A stretch of DNA of 64,000 nucleotides, taken from contig CM060734.1 in NCBI GenBank assembly GCA_030704615.1, forward strand, positions 58,404,001 to 58,468,000, written 5' to 3'. A program made the position numbers and the translations under genes. The notes under the pieces were generated by a model. That model worked only from the letters and a program-made list of their open reading frames with translations. It was not told the origin of the DNA and did no database searches. Shown here one piece after another: positions 36,958-50,337 of this stretch (its first letter is position 1; every line of letters starts with the position of its first letter). Source of the DNA: Takakia lepidozioides. Lineage: Eukaryota; Plantae; Bryophyta.

Positions 36958-39264
36958 GTTCATATACTACAGTAAAAGACGCGGGTTGTCGGGGTTTACT
37001 GGATGGCGTGGACTGTTTCAAATTGACCCGGAACTTACCCCAGCACCCTCCCTGGAACTTCCGGGAAAATCCGGGTGGCCCATTAGTCAAAACACATGTT
37101 TCATCCATGTCGCCATCGCCATCATCTCACACTACAATTTCACTAGTTCATCCAAATAGACAGCGAATGAACAATCTAAAATATAGAAATTAAAAACGTC
37201 TTTAAAAAACAAAATGTCTTAAGACACGAAAGAAAGATAGAAAAGACTAAATTTAGGGTTTACACTTTACTTACACCACCAAATTTAGGGTGTGGGTAGG
37301 AGGTATATGCAGAGCGTACAAAGACGTTATAATATGGACAAAAATGAGAAGGGATAAATTAAGAGAAACCAAATATCACTTCAATAATAATAATATAAAA
37401 CTAGTCCATGTATTGAAAAATAAAAACAGTAGAATATTGACTGTCAGTATAGCAAACGTCGTATTAATATTATGATTTATTTTACTGTTTTATTACATCT
37501 ATTTGTGATTTTAAAATACTTAAAAATAAAAATAATAAAACTTAATTACGCAAATACAGGCTCGAATATGAGGGAATGTTATTAGAAGATTATTCCGATT
37601 AACAGAAGTCAAAAAGAAAAAGCCAAAAAGACAGAAGTCAAAGAGATAGAATGTTAGTAGTACGCAAATGTCGTATTATTATTATTATTATTATAGTGTT
37701 ATTATTATTATTATTTTTAGAACAGGGGGATTATAGCCCATATACAATATTATTTAAGTTAGTTTTTATATGTTTTATGCAATCATATCATAAAATAATA
37801 ATAATAATTTACTCGGAAAAGGTAATATGATAAAAAAAATATTAGAAAACAAATTTGGTAGAATTGTCCCCACCTTTGATCTCGTTCCATCGAGATCTGT
37901 TGAGGGCCGTCCGATGGTGAAATGGGTGGATGGGTGGAGAGAGCCGTGGCAGAGTAAGGGAAGGGGGAGGGAGGAAGAGTGTAAGTTTAGAGAGAGAACA
38001 GAGACATGGTCTCTTGCGGAGCTCTCAGGTCGCTCACTTGGCAGATGGACCATGATAGACAACAGGGTGATGTAGAGGAGGCTGGAATGTGGAGGCTGTT
38101 GTGCTGGAATTTGGTACGAAGCAGGAAATTGAGTGGATAACAGGAGAGAGAAGGGAGGATGTCAGCGAATTGAGCGTTTTCTATTTGCAGGTAGGTTTCG
38201 GAAGCAAAGAATTGGGAGGGAAAGCTTGGTGAAGTCACTGAACAGGAAGTCTGAGCCTACTTGAGGAAGAGAGCACCAGGTGAGCTTTTGAGCCTCATCT
38301 CGTCTTTATCGTTTCTAACTGTAACCTGTATCTGGAGTGAAATGTGACTTCAATGATTCTCATCGCTGCTGGGGGCCATTTGATGGTTTTTTGGTCATCA
38401 ATTTATGATCGGCAACAAAAGAAGTAATATTTGTCGTGTGGAAGTTGTCGGTAATGTCCTGGCTGGTTACAATTAGGTCGTTGAGTGGGATTTAGAATCT
38501 GCAGCCTTTCTATCAGCTGCATCCATTACAGGACTTTTATGTGGATATAATCTCTATGTTTTACTTAGACGTGACATTTTGGGATTCTGAGCCTTGTGGA
38601 GCGCAAGGAGTTGCTATCTCCTCTCTGTTCATGGGAGGCAGAGGAGGGGTTGCTCCGCCTTATCGAGGCACAATCTTCTGAGCTACTCTCTAGACATGCG
38701 ATTCTTCGTTGCTGATGTATGCATGTTCGATATTGTGATTTCGCCATATTATGCACAGCGTACGTATTAACATCCCTCCTCTACCGTCTGTCTCTTCCCC
38801 TTTATCAAACAGGAGTTTTTGGCGCAGAATGGTCCCAGTCAGAGGACACAGATGTGTTGTACGGGTTTGTGAGATTAGATATCGAGGACGAGGTGTCTAG
38901 CAGTTGGACATAAGGGACACCAGCTGTGTGTAGTGCATCAGAGTCCCTCAAGCGCAAGCACTTTCTCTAGGCGGTTGAAGGATGGCGTGGGATTGCTGCA
39001 CGGATTGATTTTTTGGGAAGTTTATGAAGGCAATTTCAGTGAGTGAAACAGAGTGGAAAGGAGGAGAAGAGGGAAATTTGTCTGCTTACCTCTTAGACGT
39101 ATGGCACCAGTCTATGAGCGCAGAACAGAGGAGGTGGATTTGGCACGTTGGTGGAAGTTTTGGAGCGTTTGAACCAGCAATGAGACCTTGGTGGACAGAA
39201 TTAGAGTGAGATTGCCTATAGATGTCTACTGAGTCTAGTGGAACACAAAAATCAGCTGGCAAGC

Positions 39265-42200
39265 ATGTTTCATGACGCTGGGCCCATCAAGGTCCATGAA
39301 ATGGATGGTCAAGCCAAGAAATTTGTTAGGTACTATCCTCCTTCCATTCCTTTTCTTTGTGTACCTCCCTCTTCCTCTGTGAATGTGTTCCACCAATGAG
39401 ACCAGATTCCCTCTGCTGCTACATCATCTGCAGGGTCGTTCCTTAAGAATTCAGTTACCCACTCCCTCCACTCTGTCTGTGACGAACAAAAAAAAATCCC
39501 CCCCCCCCCCCGGCTGGCTTGATCCTGTCTGAGGACTCTTTCAGCTTCCACTTAGTTATCACTATCAACACAATTGAATGGTACTAATTTTTCATGCGAT
39601 GTGGGTGTCTCCTTCAGGTTCCACAGTGACTTAGACTCACAGGCATCACCGGGGTCAGAAACTTACGCGCTCCATAAATCAATGAGTTTTGAAACATCAC
39701 CCTCTGTGGTAAAGAAAGGATGGTTGAAGGGCTCAAGAGGACTACGAAAACTGGGGCGGTCGTTGCGGTTTGGTGCGTCTAGGGTGTTTTCGGAGGATTA
39801 CAAGGACCAGCCAAAGATGAAGATTCTTGACCCCCGGAGCAAATTCTGTGTGCAGTGGAACAACTTTTTTGTGGGCTCCTGCTTGGTAGCTATCTTTGTG
39901 GATCCCCTCTTTTTCTACCTGCCGGTTGTCGATGGAGGGGGCACCTGTATCAAAATCTCTCACAAGCTCGCAGTTGCTGTGACTGTGCTACGCACCATGA
40001 CTGATTTCTTGTACTTGATACACATGGCATTCCAATTTCGAACTGCGTTCATTGCGCCTTCGTCACGTGTGTTTGGACGGGGTGAGCTTGTCATAGATCC
40101 CCGCCAAATTGCTGTTCGATATTTGAAGAAAGATTTTTGGCTGGACCTCATGGCTGTCTTACCTCTTCCGCAGGTTTCTCCCTATATTTCATCCCCTTCT
40201 CTTGCTGCTGTGTTTCACAGCCAACAATTGTGAATTGGGAGGTTTTTCATGTGTCTTTGAGGGCTAGTGTACTGGAAAGAGGTGAGGTTGGTATTTGTCT
40301 TTACTTGGTGTGATGACCATATTAACTGGGAGATTCTCTCTCTCTTCTTTTAAGGGAAAGCCCCAGATCAACAGTGGTGGAAAGCCATGTGTCCTTTAAA
40401 ACTACAAGCTCCAGCTTAGGCTTGGATTATATGGCTAATGGTTCCATCTCGAGACTCGATAACTGAGGTCCTTTGAAGGTTCCAATGCCCAAAAATGCTA
40501 CTAATAGAGTCTCACATCAATTCAGAGAAGTTCGTCCCTTGACTTGCTGGAGAGCTGTCTTAGACTTTGGTGATTCAATGAGGCGCTCTAGGAAGACAAC
40601 CAAGGGCAGGGACTTCAACTTGAAAGTTTCTAACTGGTTTGATGCACTGGATGAAGTTGATTCCAAGCAGTCAGACAGACCAACTGACCCTAAGAGTGCT
40701 GAGCCTGATGTCGTGTGACTGAAGGATTTGGTACTCTGAATGGATACCAATCCTCAAAGTTTACACAAGACAAGCAATATGTACACACGGGTTAATTGTC
40801 CCCCCTCTGCAGAAGGGTTGGCCGTCCAGGAGCAACCATAGGCTACCTAGATGACAAACAATTCCAAACGTGGTCAAAAAGGGGTTGGCTTCTTTGTGAT
40901 AGCTTGTGTGACAATTGTGAAATTATCAACAAGGGTTTGCGGTATGAGCGCAGTATTTGGCTAAAACTGAAACTGAAGGTGGCGTGAATACAAAGAACCT
41001 CTTTGTTGGTTGTGTTTACATGCCCACAGAGGGGACGCTTAGTGCTGACACAGACAAAGCCTTTGAAGACGTAAAGCTGGACTCTGCTAAGTTGCTCGCC
41101 ATCCTCACCAAAGGTCAGGTGGTCTTACTGGGTGACTTCAATGCCCGGGTGGGCAAAGGTCTTCATCAGGATGATACCATTGGGCCGTTTGGTGAGGACA
41201 AGCTGAATTCTAATGGTAGACGGTTAATAAACTGTCTGGAAGAACTTGAGCTTTTGACCTTGGATAGTAGGTGAAAAGGAGACCAAGTGCAGTGGACTCG
41301 TGAGAAAGCCCAAACTGGGGAATGTTCCATTGTGGATTATATCATAATGGACAAAGATTTGCTTCCGCAGAGTGCCAGTGTGTTGATCGACAGAACTGAT
41401 ATTGGTACCTCTGACCACTTCCTGGTTTGATCTCTAAATGAAGTTGTCAAGGCTGAGTATGTCCAGGCCTCGCAAGAGGCTCTCCCTCATTTTGTCCACT
41501 CGCTCCAAGACCTTCAGTCTCGCTCTGGCAATGCAAGAAATGCAGCTGAGAGAGCAGTGGATTCTTGGGAGAGTTTCGTCTCCTCTGTGGCTGACAAGAT
41601 CATTTGGAGGAAACTAATTGTCTGCGGTAGAGCTGTTAATTGGTGGACCACTCAAGATAACTGAGAGACGAGTCCTCTATAAAGAGTGCTGCAATTTGAA
41701 TACCAACAAAGAATTGTGGGCTAAGTTCCTGCCAGATCTGCAAAGATATCAATCAGCTTGTAAGGTCTCAGAAGAAATTATACTGGGACAAGCTATAGAG
41801 TGAAGTAAACTCAAACCACCACCATGGGGGTAATGACAAGAGATTCTGGTTGGCCCTTCAACGTTTGTACAAGCTGAAAAGACTGTTAGTATGTACAAGC
41901 GCTGTGGACTACTAAGGGTGCAGTGGTGACTTCAACGGTTGACATTGTCAAAACCTTTGAAACTCACTACAGTATCCTTGGCAGAAATTCTAGGTCTAAC
42001 AGTGAGGGGTCCTCTGAAGAATGGAAGGACGCAGTTGGAAAAACTGTTCCTATGATTCAAGACAGCCCTGATGAATTGGAGTATATTTCAACGGCCTACA
42101 ACGCTGCCAGTAGTTTTTCTGAGATTGTGGAAGCAATTGAGCGGATATAAAGCTGGTGGGCCTGATGACGTCTCGATGTTGATCTGGAATCTAGAGGTTG

Positions 42201-45200
42201 TTTCCAGGAAGGCCTAGCTGGCTTTCGGCAAGACAGGGGCTGTGTGGATCATGTCTTCACTCTAAGCCAGATTATCCAGGGAAGGAGAAAAGAAGGGAAA
42301 CCCACTTTTGTATTCCTCTTGGATGTCAAAAAGGCTTATGACACAGTGTGGAGAGACGGTCTATGGTTATGTCTATGGCCTATGGCTCCAACTCTGGTGA
42401 TGTGGGATAAAGGGAAATATGTGGAGAGTTGTCCATAACTTCCGGGAAGTCGTTGCAGACTTCCGGCTATCATTCCGAAGGTTCGCGATTGGGCGAGGAT
42501 TCCGAAAATGTATGCTTACACCAAAAATTGTGTCACTGTTAACGGATAGAAGTCTATCTTCTTTGTCATAGATCAAGGTGTAGCTCAAGGATGTACCCTC
42601 TCCCCTCTGCTCTTCAATGTTTCCATCGATCAACTCCTCGAGGATGTGGAAAGTGAGGGATTTGGGTTAAGGGTGGGTGATGCCACTTCCCTGAACTTGT
42701 TTCCAGTCTGTGACCTGGGGGTGGACATCATGGATGACCTCAAGGGTCTACCCACTCCTGGCACTAGACTGAAATTTAAACCCAGGGCGGGAAGCCTACC
42801 TTTGAACAGCAAACAGAAGCAGAGAGGAAAGGGAGAGTGCCATTGCCCGTTGTGTGGGCAACCTGAGGACAATATTCATTTTCTCATTCATTGTCCGGGG
42901 TTCTCTCACCAGCGAGACGCTCTCTTCAAATCTATCAAGGGAATTTGTGCCTGTACCTCTGTTTACCAACTTTGAAAGTCTCGAGGCTGAGCCAAAAGCC
43001 CAGGCCCTTTTGGGGCAAACCACACACAGCAGGTTGATACTTGTGTAAAGGGATTTCTAGAGGATATCTGGAAAAGCCGGATCAATTGTTTATTCCAAGG
43101 TAAGTCTTACTACCGGTGTCGGCCCCTGACAAAGGTAGGTTCTGTCCCTTTGTGTTCCGCTCAAACTGGGCGTGGGGTCAATGGCCACAAGGCTACGGCA
43201 AACAACGTCTTATGAATACATTCTCTCTGGTAGGGGTCACCGGCCACAAGGCTATGGCAATCAATGTCTTATGAGTACATTCTCTCTCTGGTGGACAATA
43301 GGTCCATAGAAGGCCCTTGGCAGTGGACTTGTGAAGAAGCCAAACTGGGGAATGGTCCATTGTAGATTATCTCATAGTGGATAAGGAGTTGTTCCCCCAC
43401 TGTGCCAAAGTGGGGGTTGATAGAACCGACATTTTGGGTCGTCTAACCACTTTCTTGCATGGAATGAGATCAAAGGTGTTTTCTTAACACCAGCTGTGAA
43501 ATGTTCGATTCAAAGTGGCGCATAAAAAAATTCCAGAAGGAAGAGGTCCAGACAGAATATGTCCATACCTTAAGTGAGGCTCTTCGTCACTTGATCCATT
43601 CACTCCAAGACCTCTCTTCCTGCTTAGGCAATGCAAGAAGCTAAGTCGAACAAGCTGTGGATTCTTGGGAGAGTTTCGTCACCTCTGCGGCTGGTAAAAT
43701 CATTGGGCATGTGATAGAGCTGGCCTGCATGTCAGCATGTTCTAGAACAGCCAATGTGGCTGTTCAGGGCAAGGTCGGCATACCTCCTTAAGCTCTCAAT
43801 GGGATGAAATTAAGGGTCAGATCGTGGGGTCAATTGAATCGCATGCCTAATACCAGATACCCTAAGATAAGCAACGCTATTTCTTGGAAGCAAGACTGTC
43901 CTGTTAAACAGGCGACTTGGCGGGAAAGGGTAGAAGAGATTTTCAAGTATCTGAATATCAGTTCAGAAGAATTGACCCTACTGGATGCAGCTGACCTCTA
44001 GAGGGTTGTGTCCGAAGTCATATGTGATGCCCAAAGACTGTCAGAAAATGAAGTCTAAAACTTCCCTGAACTTGTCTCCAGTCATGACATGGGCGAGGAC
44101 CTTAAGGATGATCTCAAGGGCCTCCCTACCCTTGGCACTAGACTGAAATTTAAACTCAGGGCGAAGCCTACCTTTGAACAAAAAACAGATGCAGAGAGGA
44201 AGAGGAGATTGTAATTTCCTGATGTGCTGGCATCCTGAGGACAGTATCCATTTTCTGATACATTGTCTGGGATATTCTCACAAGAGAGGGACCCTCTTCA
44301 GGATCATCAAGATCACTGTCCCAGCACCTCTGGTCACCAACTTTCAGAATCTTGAGGCTGAGCCTATAGCCCTGGCCCTGTTGTGGTCTGACTTTTGGGC
44401 TGCTCGCACACAGCAGATTGATGCTTGTGTGAAGGGCTTTCTAAATGATATCTGGAAAGTCTGAACTCACTGTTTATACCAGGGTAAGTCACACTCCTGG
44501 AGTGAGCCCCTCACAAAGGTAGTTTCTGTTCCCTCTTGCTCCGCCCAAACTGGGTGCGGGGTCTATGGCCACAAGGCTATGGCAAACATCTTATGAGTAC
44601 GTGTTCTCTCTGGTTGGTGGCCACGGCTATGGCAAATATAGTCTTATGAGTGGATTCTCTCTCTGGTGGGTGTAAACCCCACAGCTCTGGGAAGGTCCCA
44701 TTGCCTTTGATCGGTACTGCTGGACAGAGAGGTCCCTTCACAAGGGCTATTATGAACTCACTCCTGAATGCCAGTAAGCTTGCTAACCTACTGTCACTGT
44801 AGGTGGTAATGTGGTGCATTATACCGGCAATGGGGGGCTCAACGGCAGACTACACCAAGAATGCACTGCGCTTTATTGTGTTCTTCCAGTATCTTCCGCG
44901 CTTATTTCGTATTTTCCCTCTGACATCTCAGATGGTGAGAACAACGGGGGTGATATTGGAGACTGCATGGGCAGGTGCTGCCTACAATCTCCTGCTCTAT
45001 CTGCTCGCCAGCCATGTGAGTTCCTCTCTTTCAAACCCCAGTGGCTGACCTTCTGACATGGTCTTGCCTCTCCAAGTTTTTGACAGGTACTTGTGAATAG
45101 ACAAAAAGTACGTTAAACTTTACTGCCTTAAACAAGGCAAGGATTAAATGTTTGACCAAGGTCCGACATCATATGCTTCTCTTTCCGGAGATGACAAAGT

Positions 45201-48200
45201 AGATGGTGAAATACTGGAGTCTTTTAAGTTGTTGAATTCCTTTCCCCAGGCATAGTAGGCCTCAATACATGAGACTTTGTGGAGGACTGGGTAGTTTTGA
45301 GAAGCCAAGTTTATGTGCAAGTTGAGTATATGCTCAATATTTCTTGATCCATTTAGGTGATGTCATGGAAATCCTGGTGGTTGTTGGGTCAAACTTTCAT
45401 ATGGTCATCTCCTGATCAGCTGTTGAGAGCAACAATTTACATTAGAAGGGCCGTGGTGGGATTATGCTATCTAGTAAAGATATGGGAGTTGTGGGTCCCT
45501 ATAGCACAGAAGACGACTTGAATTCATTGGTCTGAGTAGCCAGGCAGATCCAGGTAATCATGATGGACAAAAGCTTATGTCAATATGGTGGTTGACGATT
45601 TGTTATATTTCTTCCTGTAAGGTGGTTAGTACATGCAGTTCTAAAGTGGTTACACAAGATTGACCATTAAAGGTGACTGTAAGCCCTTGGAAGAGAACCC
45701 TGACAATCGATAGGGGATCGTGTTAACGTTCAGATGGGTTTATGCCTGCAGGTAGTTGGTGCGTGCTGGTACTTGCTGGCTGTTGAGCGACAAGATACAT
45801 GTTGGAGGCAAGTGTGTGCTCTTGAGCAACCGCTTTGTCATAAATCATACTTTGACTGTGGCTCTCTTCGCGATAATTTCGAATATCGTGATGAGAGGTC
45901 AAGTTGGGCAAATAGTACGAGTGTGAACGCTTCTTGTAATTTGGGAACGACCTCATCTCCATCTTTTTTCCAATTCGGAATCTATCAAAATGCACTTACA
46001 AACAATATCACGACGACCCAAATCAAATTTCTAAACAAGTACTTCTACTGCTTGTGGATGGGCTTGCTAAACTTGAGGTAATCCTTCAATGCTTTTTGAG
46101 TTTCAGTTTATGGTTCATGGCACCCACAGACTTTTAATGTTTCTAAGTCAAGCAAGGAGACAACCCAATTGCTGCCATATTTGGAGGCTAGTTGAAAAGA
46201 GTGCCAAGATTGACTAACCAAGGCAGCTCAGCATTTTGCATAGATTGTCATCAGTTAGATTGAGTTTGATCCTGTATGCTTCTAACTGAATGTTTTGCCT
46301 CGGTGGTCTTCTGCAGTTCTCTGGCACAGACCCTACAAGTTAGCACCTCTATGTGGGAAATTTTATTCACCATAGTCATTATCATTGTGGGCTTACTCCT
46401 CTTTGCCTTCCTCATAGGCAACATGCAGGTGAGGCGCACCTTCTATCACACTCCCTGTGTGCCTGTCAAGTGCAGTCTTTTTTTATTCTGAACAATCATG
46501 ATGAGAGTTGAGTCTTATGTGGCACTTGTGGGAGTGTTTGAGGGATCGGTGTTTTATATTCATGCCTTTTGTGCCTTGGCTGGTAACAGACATATCTGCA
46601 ATCTCTGACAGTGAGATTGGAAGAGATGAGAGTAAAACGACGAGACACAGAGCAATGGATGAAGCATCGTCAACTGCCTCGGGAATTAGTTGAGCGAGTT
46701 CGCCGCTATGACCAATATAAGTGGGTGGCTACTCGTGGGGTTGATGAGGAGGTTCTTGTTCAGACCCTACCATTGGACCTGCGGCGGGATATCAAGCGTC
46801 ACCTGTGTCTTGATCTTGTTCGACGGGTATGGTAGTCTATATTATGTGGTGAAGATGTCGACAATGGTTTCATTGGAAAGGATGGGCAGACTTGGATGAG
46901 TTCAACAGTGGCAGAGCATGACTACCATAGAGCTTTGGGGTGGTCACTTCATCTTTGTGGGCACACCCATTGACAATTCTTTTGTTGCCAATGGCTGCTG
47001 ATGGATGGGATATGCTAGCTAGGATCTTTGTTGAATGTCAAGCAGGACTTCACTCTTTTCGTGTGTTTTGTTGGTCTTGTAGTCTGGGAATTACCATGGA
47101 AAGCATGAGACGTATACTGAACTCATGCACTAACCATGGTCATCTTATCATTCAATGTTTGCTCTTGGATGCTAGTGCCAGCTTATGGAATAGAGCAGGA
47201 GTCGTCAAATATTCTGGTCAGAGTAAACTAGAGATCTGTTCCAGACGAAACCGAATTCGGGCCTCATATTCTGCCTTCTTCTTTCTTGGTTGTCATCCCT
47301 GCTCTTTTGTGTTCCAGGTCCCACTGTTTGATCAAATGGACGACAGCCTGCTGGATGCTATGTGTGAACGCTTGAAGCCTGCCCTCGTCACAGAAGGCAC
47401 CTATATTGTCCGTGAGGGCGATCCAGTGAATGAGATGCTCTTCATTATCCGTGGGCGCCTTGACAGTGTGACGACAAATGGTGGGCGTACTGGCTTTTTC
47501 AATTTTGGGACTCTAGGACCTGGAGACTTTTGTGGTGAAGAGCTACTTACGTGGGCCCTTGATCCCAAGCCCAGTCATCACCTCCCTACCTCTACACGTA
47601 CCGTGCAGACATTGGTGGAGGTTGAAGCCTTTGCGCTATCAGCTGACGATCTTAAGTTTGTGGCCAGTCAGTTTCGGCGCCTTCATAGCAAGCAATTGCA
47701 ACACACCTTCAGGTTTGCATCTTTTTGGTCTTCTGGACACCCTACAGTCTGTAAAGCTTTTTCTCCTGATTGTGCATGGCAAGAGTCAAGCACATTGCCA
47801 GAACAAAAATGACTGATTCACCAGTTTTTTTGGGTAGTATCCAGGCATTATACATGCATTATCCAAGCAGTAATAGTCTCAAAGCAATATGTTAGATGAT
47901 GAAATATTCTGAAAAAGCCAGTTCCTTTGCTTCAGGTACTACTCACACCACTGGCGCACATGGGCGGCATGCTTCATCCAGGCTGCATGGCGCCGATACC
48001 AAAGGCGAAGGCTGGCAGAGCTGCGGCGTAAAGAGGAAGACTATAATTTGCAAGAGGCGATTGCTGCAGCAAATCGAGAGGCGAGCAAACCTAGCCTTGG
48101 GGCCACTCTCCTGGCTTCCCGATTTGCCACAAACGCGATGCGAGGGGTCCAGAGGTTACGAAGCATGCATGCAGCTGAAGTGTCGCGCATCTCAAATATT

Positions 48201-48242
48201 CCAAAACCCAGAGAGCCCGACTTCTCTGTTGACACCGAATAG
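39265..48242 (+). CDS. CNGC: Cyclic nucleotide-gated ion channel, 8 coding exons, about 736 aa
   Basis: Exons 39265-39329, 39618-40173, 44803-45015, 45752-46077, 46317-46428, 46590-46826, 47318-47712, 47936-48242 (2211 nt). Motifs VDPLFFYLP, FRTAFIAPSSRVFGRGELV, ETAWAGAAYNL, LIGNMQTYLQS, GDFCGEELLTWAL and IQ motif FIQAAWRRY. Confidence 0.96.
40340..43290 (+). mobile_element. Long, internally deleted RTEX-like LINE (APE, RT, CCHC) in CNGC intron 2, ending in two stacked tails
   Basis: APE: CVYMPTEG..VLLGDFNARVG..NSNGRRL. RT: GFRQDRGCVDHVFTL..FLLDVKKAYDTVWRDGLW and GVAQGCTLSPLLFN. CCHC: CPLCGQPEDNIHFLIHC. Many stops and frameshifts. Confidence 0.9.
43291..44665 (+). mobile_element. Second deleted RTEX-like LINE copy directly behind the first, with two stacked tails
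   Basis: 43320-43710 repeats the APE-linker region. MQRGRGDCNFLMCWHPEDSIHFLIHC. Tails end at about 44611 and 44664 in ctctct. Confidence 0.85.
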
Positions 48243-48859
48243 CAGCACACATCTAATTAAGCAGTGAGTCTGTATTATAACAATGCTATAGGGACCTCAA
48301 AACAGCTAGCCAGCAGTGTTAAACTTACAGGAGCCAGAGGGCGGTCTGCTTCTCCAGCAGGTATATTCTGGCCTAGCTAGCAAGACATAGTTGCCTTGGT
48401 GATTTTGGGTGAGTTCTCAAGTGGAGAACTAAAAGAAAGACATTGATTTGGTGAAAGAAAGAGCGTAGCTCTGTGACAAGGTACACTGGGGGCTGGAGGG
48501 TTTGACTGCGGTCTCTAACCTCAAACCTCCCAGAAGCTGTGACAGGGGATGGTCTGAATGCCATGGACAGTGAAGGGGTTCAGCATGGTAAGCATTTTGG
48601 TTGTGGTATGGGGCCATGGCAAAAGCAGGAGAGCTTAGGCTGCTCGCAACACCGAAAATAAGCTGGTGGCAGAGCACATCAACCTCGGCATTGTATTATA
48701 GTTTTCACTGTTCAAATTTCCCTCTCTAGTTTAGGTTATTACCACATTTTGTTATCCCACTGTCATGCTATATGGTCTTGAGATTGTGTGCGATGATGAC
48801 AGCTGTATGTGCTGAGATAAGTAAAAAAGCACTAGGACTAAATGACTGCACCAAGATGG

Positions 48860-50110
48860 AGAGAGAGAGACATGTATTCATTGACAGTTCCTTGTGGATG
48901 TATTCTTTGATGTGTGACAATTGAGAACTTATCCACAAGGGATTGCTGTATGAGCACAGTATCTGGCTGAAATTGAAATTGAAAGGTGGCGTGAATACGA
49001 AGGACTTATTTGTGGGTTGTGTTAGTGCTGACGCAGACAAAGCCTTTGAAGGAGTAGAACCAGACTGTGCTAAGTTCCTCGCCAAAGGTAAGGTGGTCTT
49101 CAGGGGTGACTTCAATGCCAGAGTCGGCAAAGGTCTTTATCAGGCTGATATCATTGGGCCTTTTGGTGAGGACGAGCCGAGTTCTAATGGTAGACGGTTA
49201 ATAAACCATCTGGAAGAACTTCAGCTTTTGACCTTAAATAATAGGTGAAAAGGAGACCAATTGCAGTGGATTCGTGAGGAAGCCCAAACTTGGGAATGAT
49301 CCATTGTGGATTATATCATAGTGGATAAAAATTTGTTTCCCCAGGGTGCCAATGTGTAGATCGACAGAACTGATATCGGTGCCTTTGACCACTTCAAGGT
49401 TTGGACTGAGATCAAAGGTGTTTCCCCAACACTAAGAGATCCGTGAAACATTCAATTCGGAAGTGGTGCACAGAAAAATTCCAAAATGAAGAGGTCAAGG
49501 CCGAGTGTGTCCGGTCCTTGCAAGAGGCTCTCCCTCACTTTGTCCATTCACTCCAAGACCAATCTTGCTTTGGCAATGTGAGAAATGAAGTTGAAAGAGT
49601 GATGGATTCTTGGGAGAGTTTTGTCTCCTGTATGGCTGAACAAGATCATTGGGAGGAAACTAATTGTCTGCGGTAGAGCTGTTAATTGGTGGACCGATGA
49701 GATCAAACTCAAGAGAGAGACGAGCCCTCTGTAGAAAGTGTTGCAATTTGAAAGCCAACAAATAATTGTGGACTAGGTACTAGATCTGCAAAGATATCAA
49801 TCAACTTATATGTTCTCAGAAGAAATTATATTGGGACAAGTTATATAGTGAAATAAACTACAACCACCATGGTGGTAACAAGAGATTCTGGCTGGAACTT
49901 CAATGTGTGTACAAGCCAAAAAAATTGCCAGCAAGTACAAGCGCTGAGGACTACTAAGGGTGAAATGGTGACTTCAACCGTCGATATTGTCAAAACCTTT
50001 TAACTCACTACAGTCTCCTGGACAGAAACTCTAGGTCTAACAGTGAGGGGTCTTTTGAAGAATGAATGGACATAGTTGGAAAAACTGTTTCTATGAATCA
50101 AGACAGCCCG
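48860..50110 (+). mobile_element. RTEX-like LINE fragment (APE endonuclease region)
   Basis: SIWLKLKLKGGVNTKDLFVGCV..VFRGDFNARVGKG..SSNGRRLINHLEEL. Colinear with about 40890-42070. Confidence 0.85.
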
Positions 50111-50337
50111 GATTATATTTTAAAGACTAAGGTACTGAATTCTGTAACCAATTCATGGAGGTGGTGTGTTTCAATGCAAAATCTTGGTAGAGAAGTTTTT
50201 ATTGTGACAAAATCAGACATCCTTACATAAAGATTGCCTACTCAACATATATTAATAAATTGGAATATCGTATTCACACATGAAAAAGAACTTGGCTAAT
50301 TGTACTATATAGTAATTACCTGTTGGTAGCTATCGTC

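Noticed and set aside
432-48242. HSP90 plus CNGC as a heat-sensing gene cluster
   Set aside because: They are 34 kb apart with an unrelated gene between; nothing in the sequence supports co-regulation.
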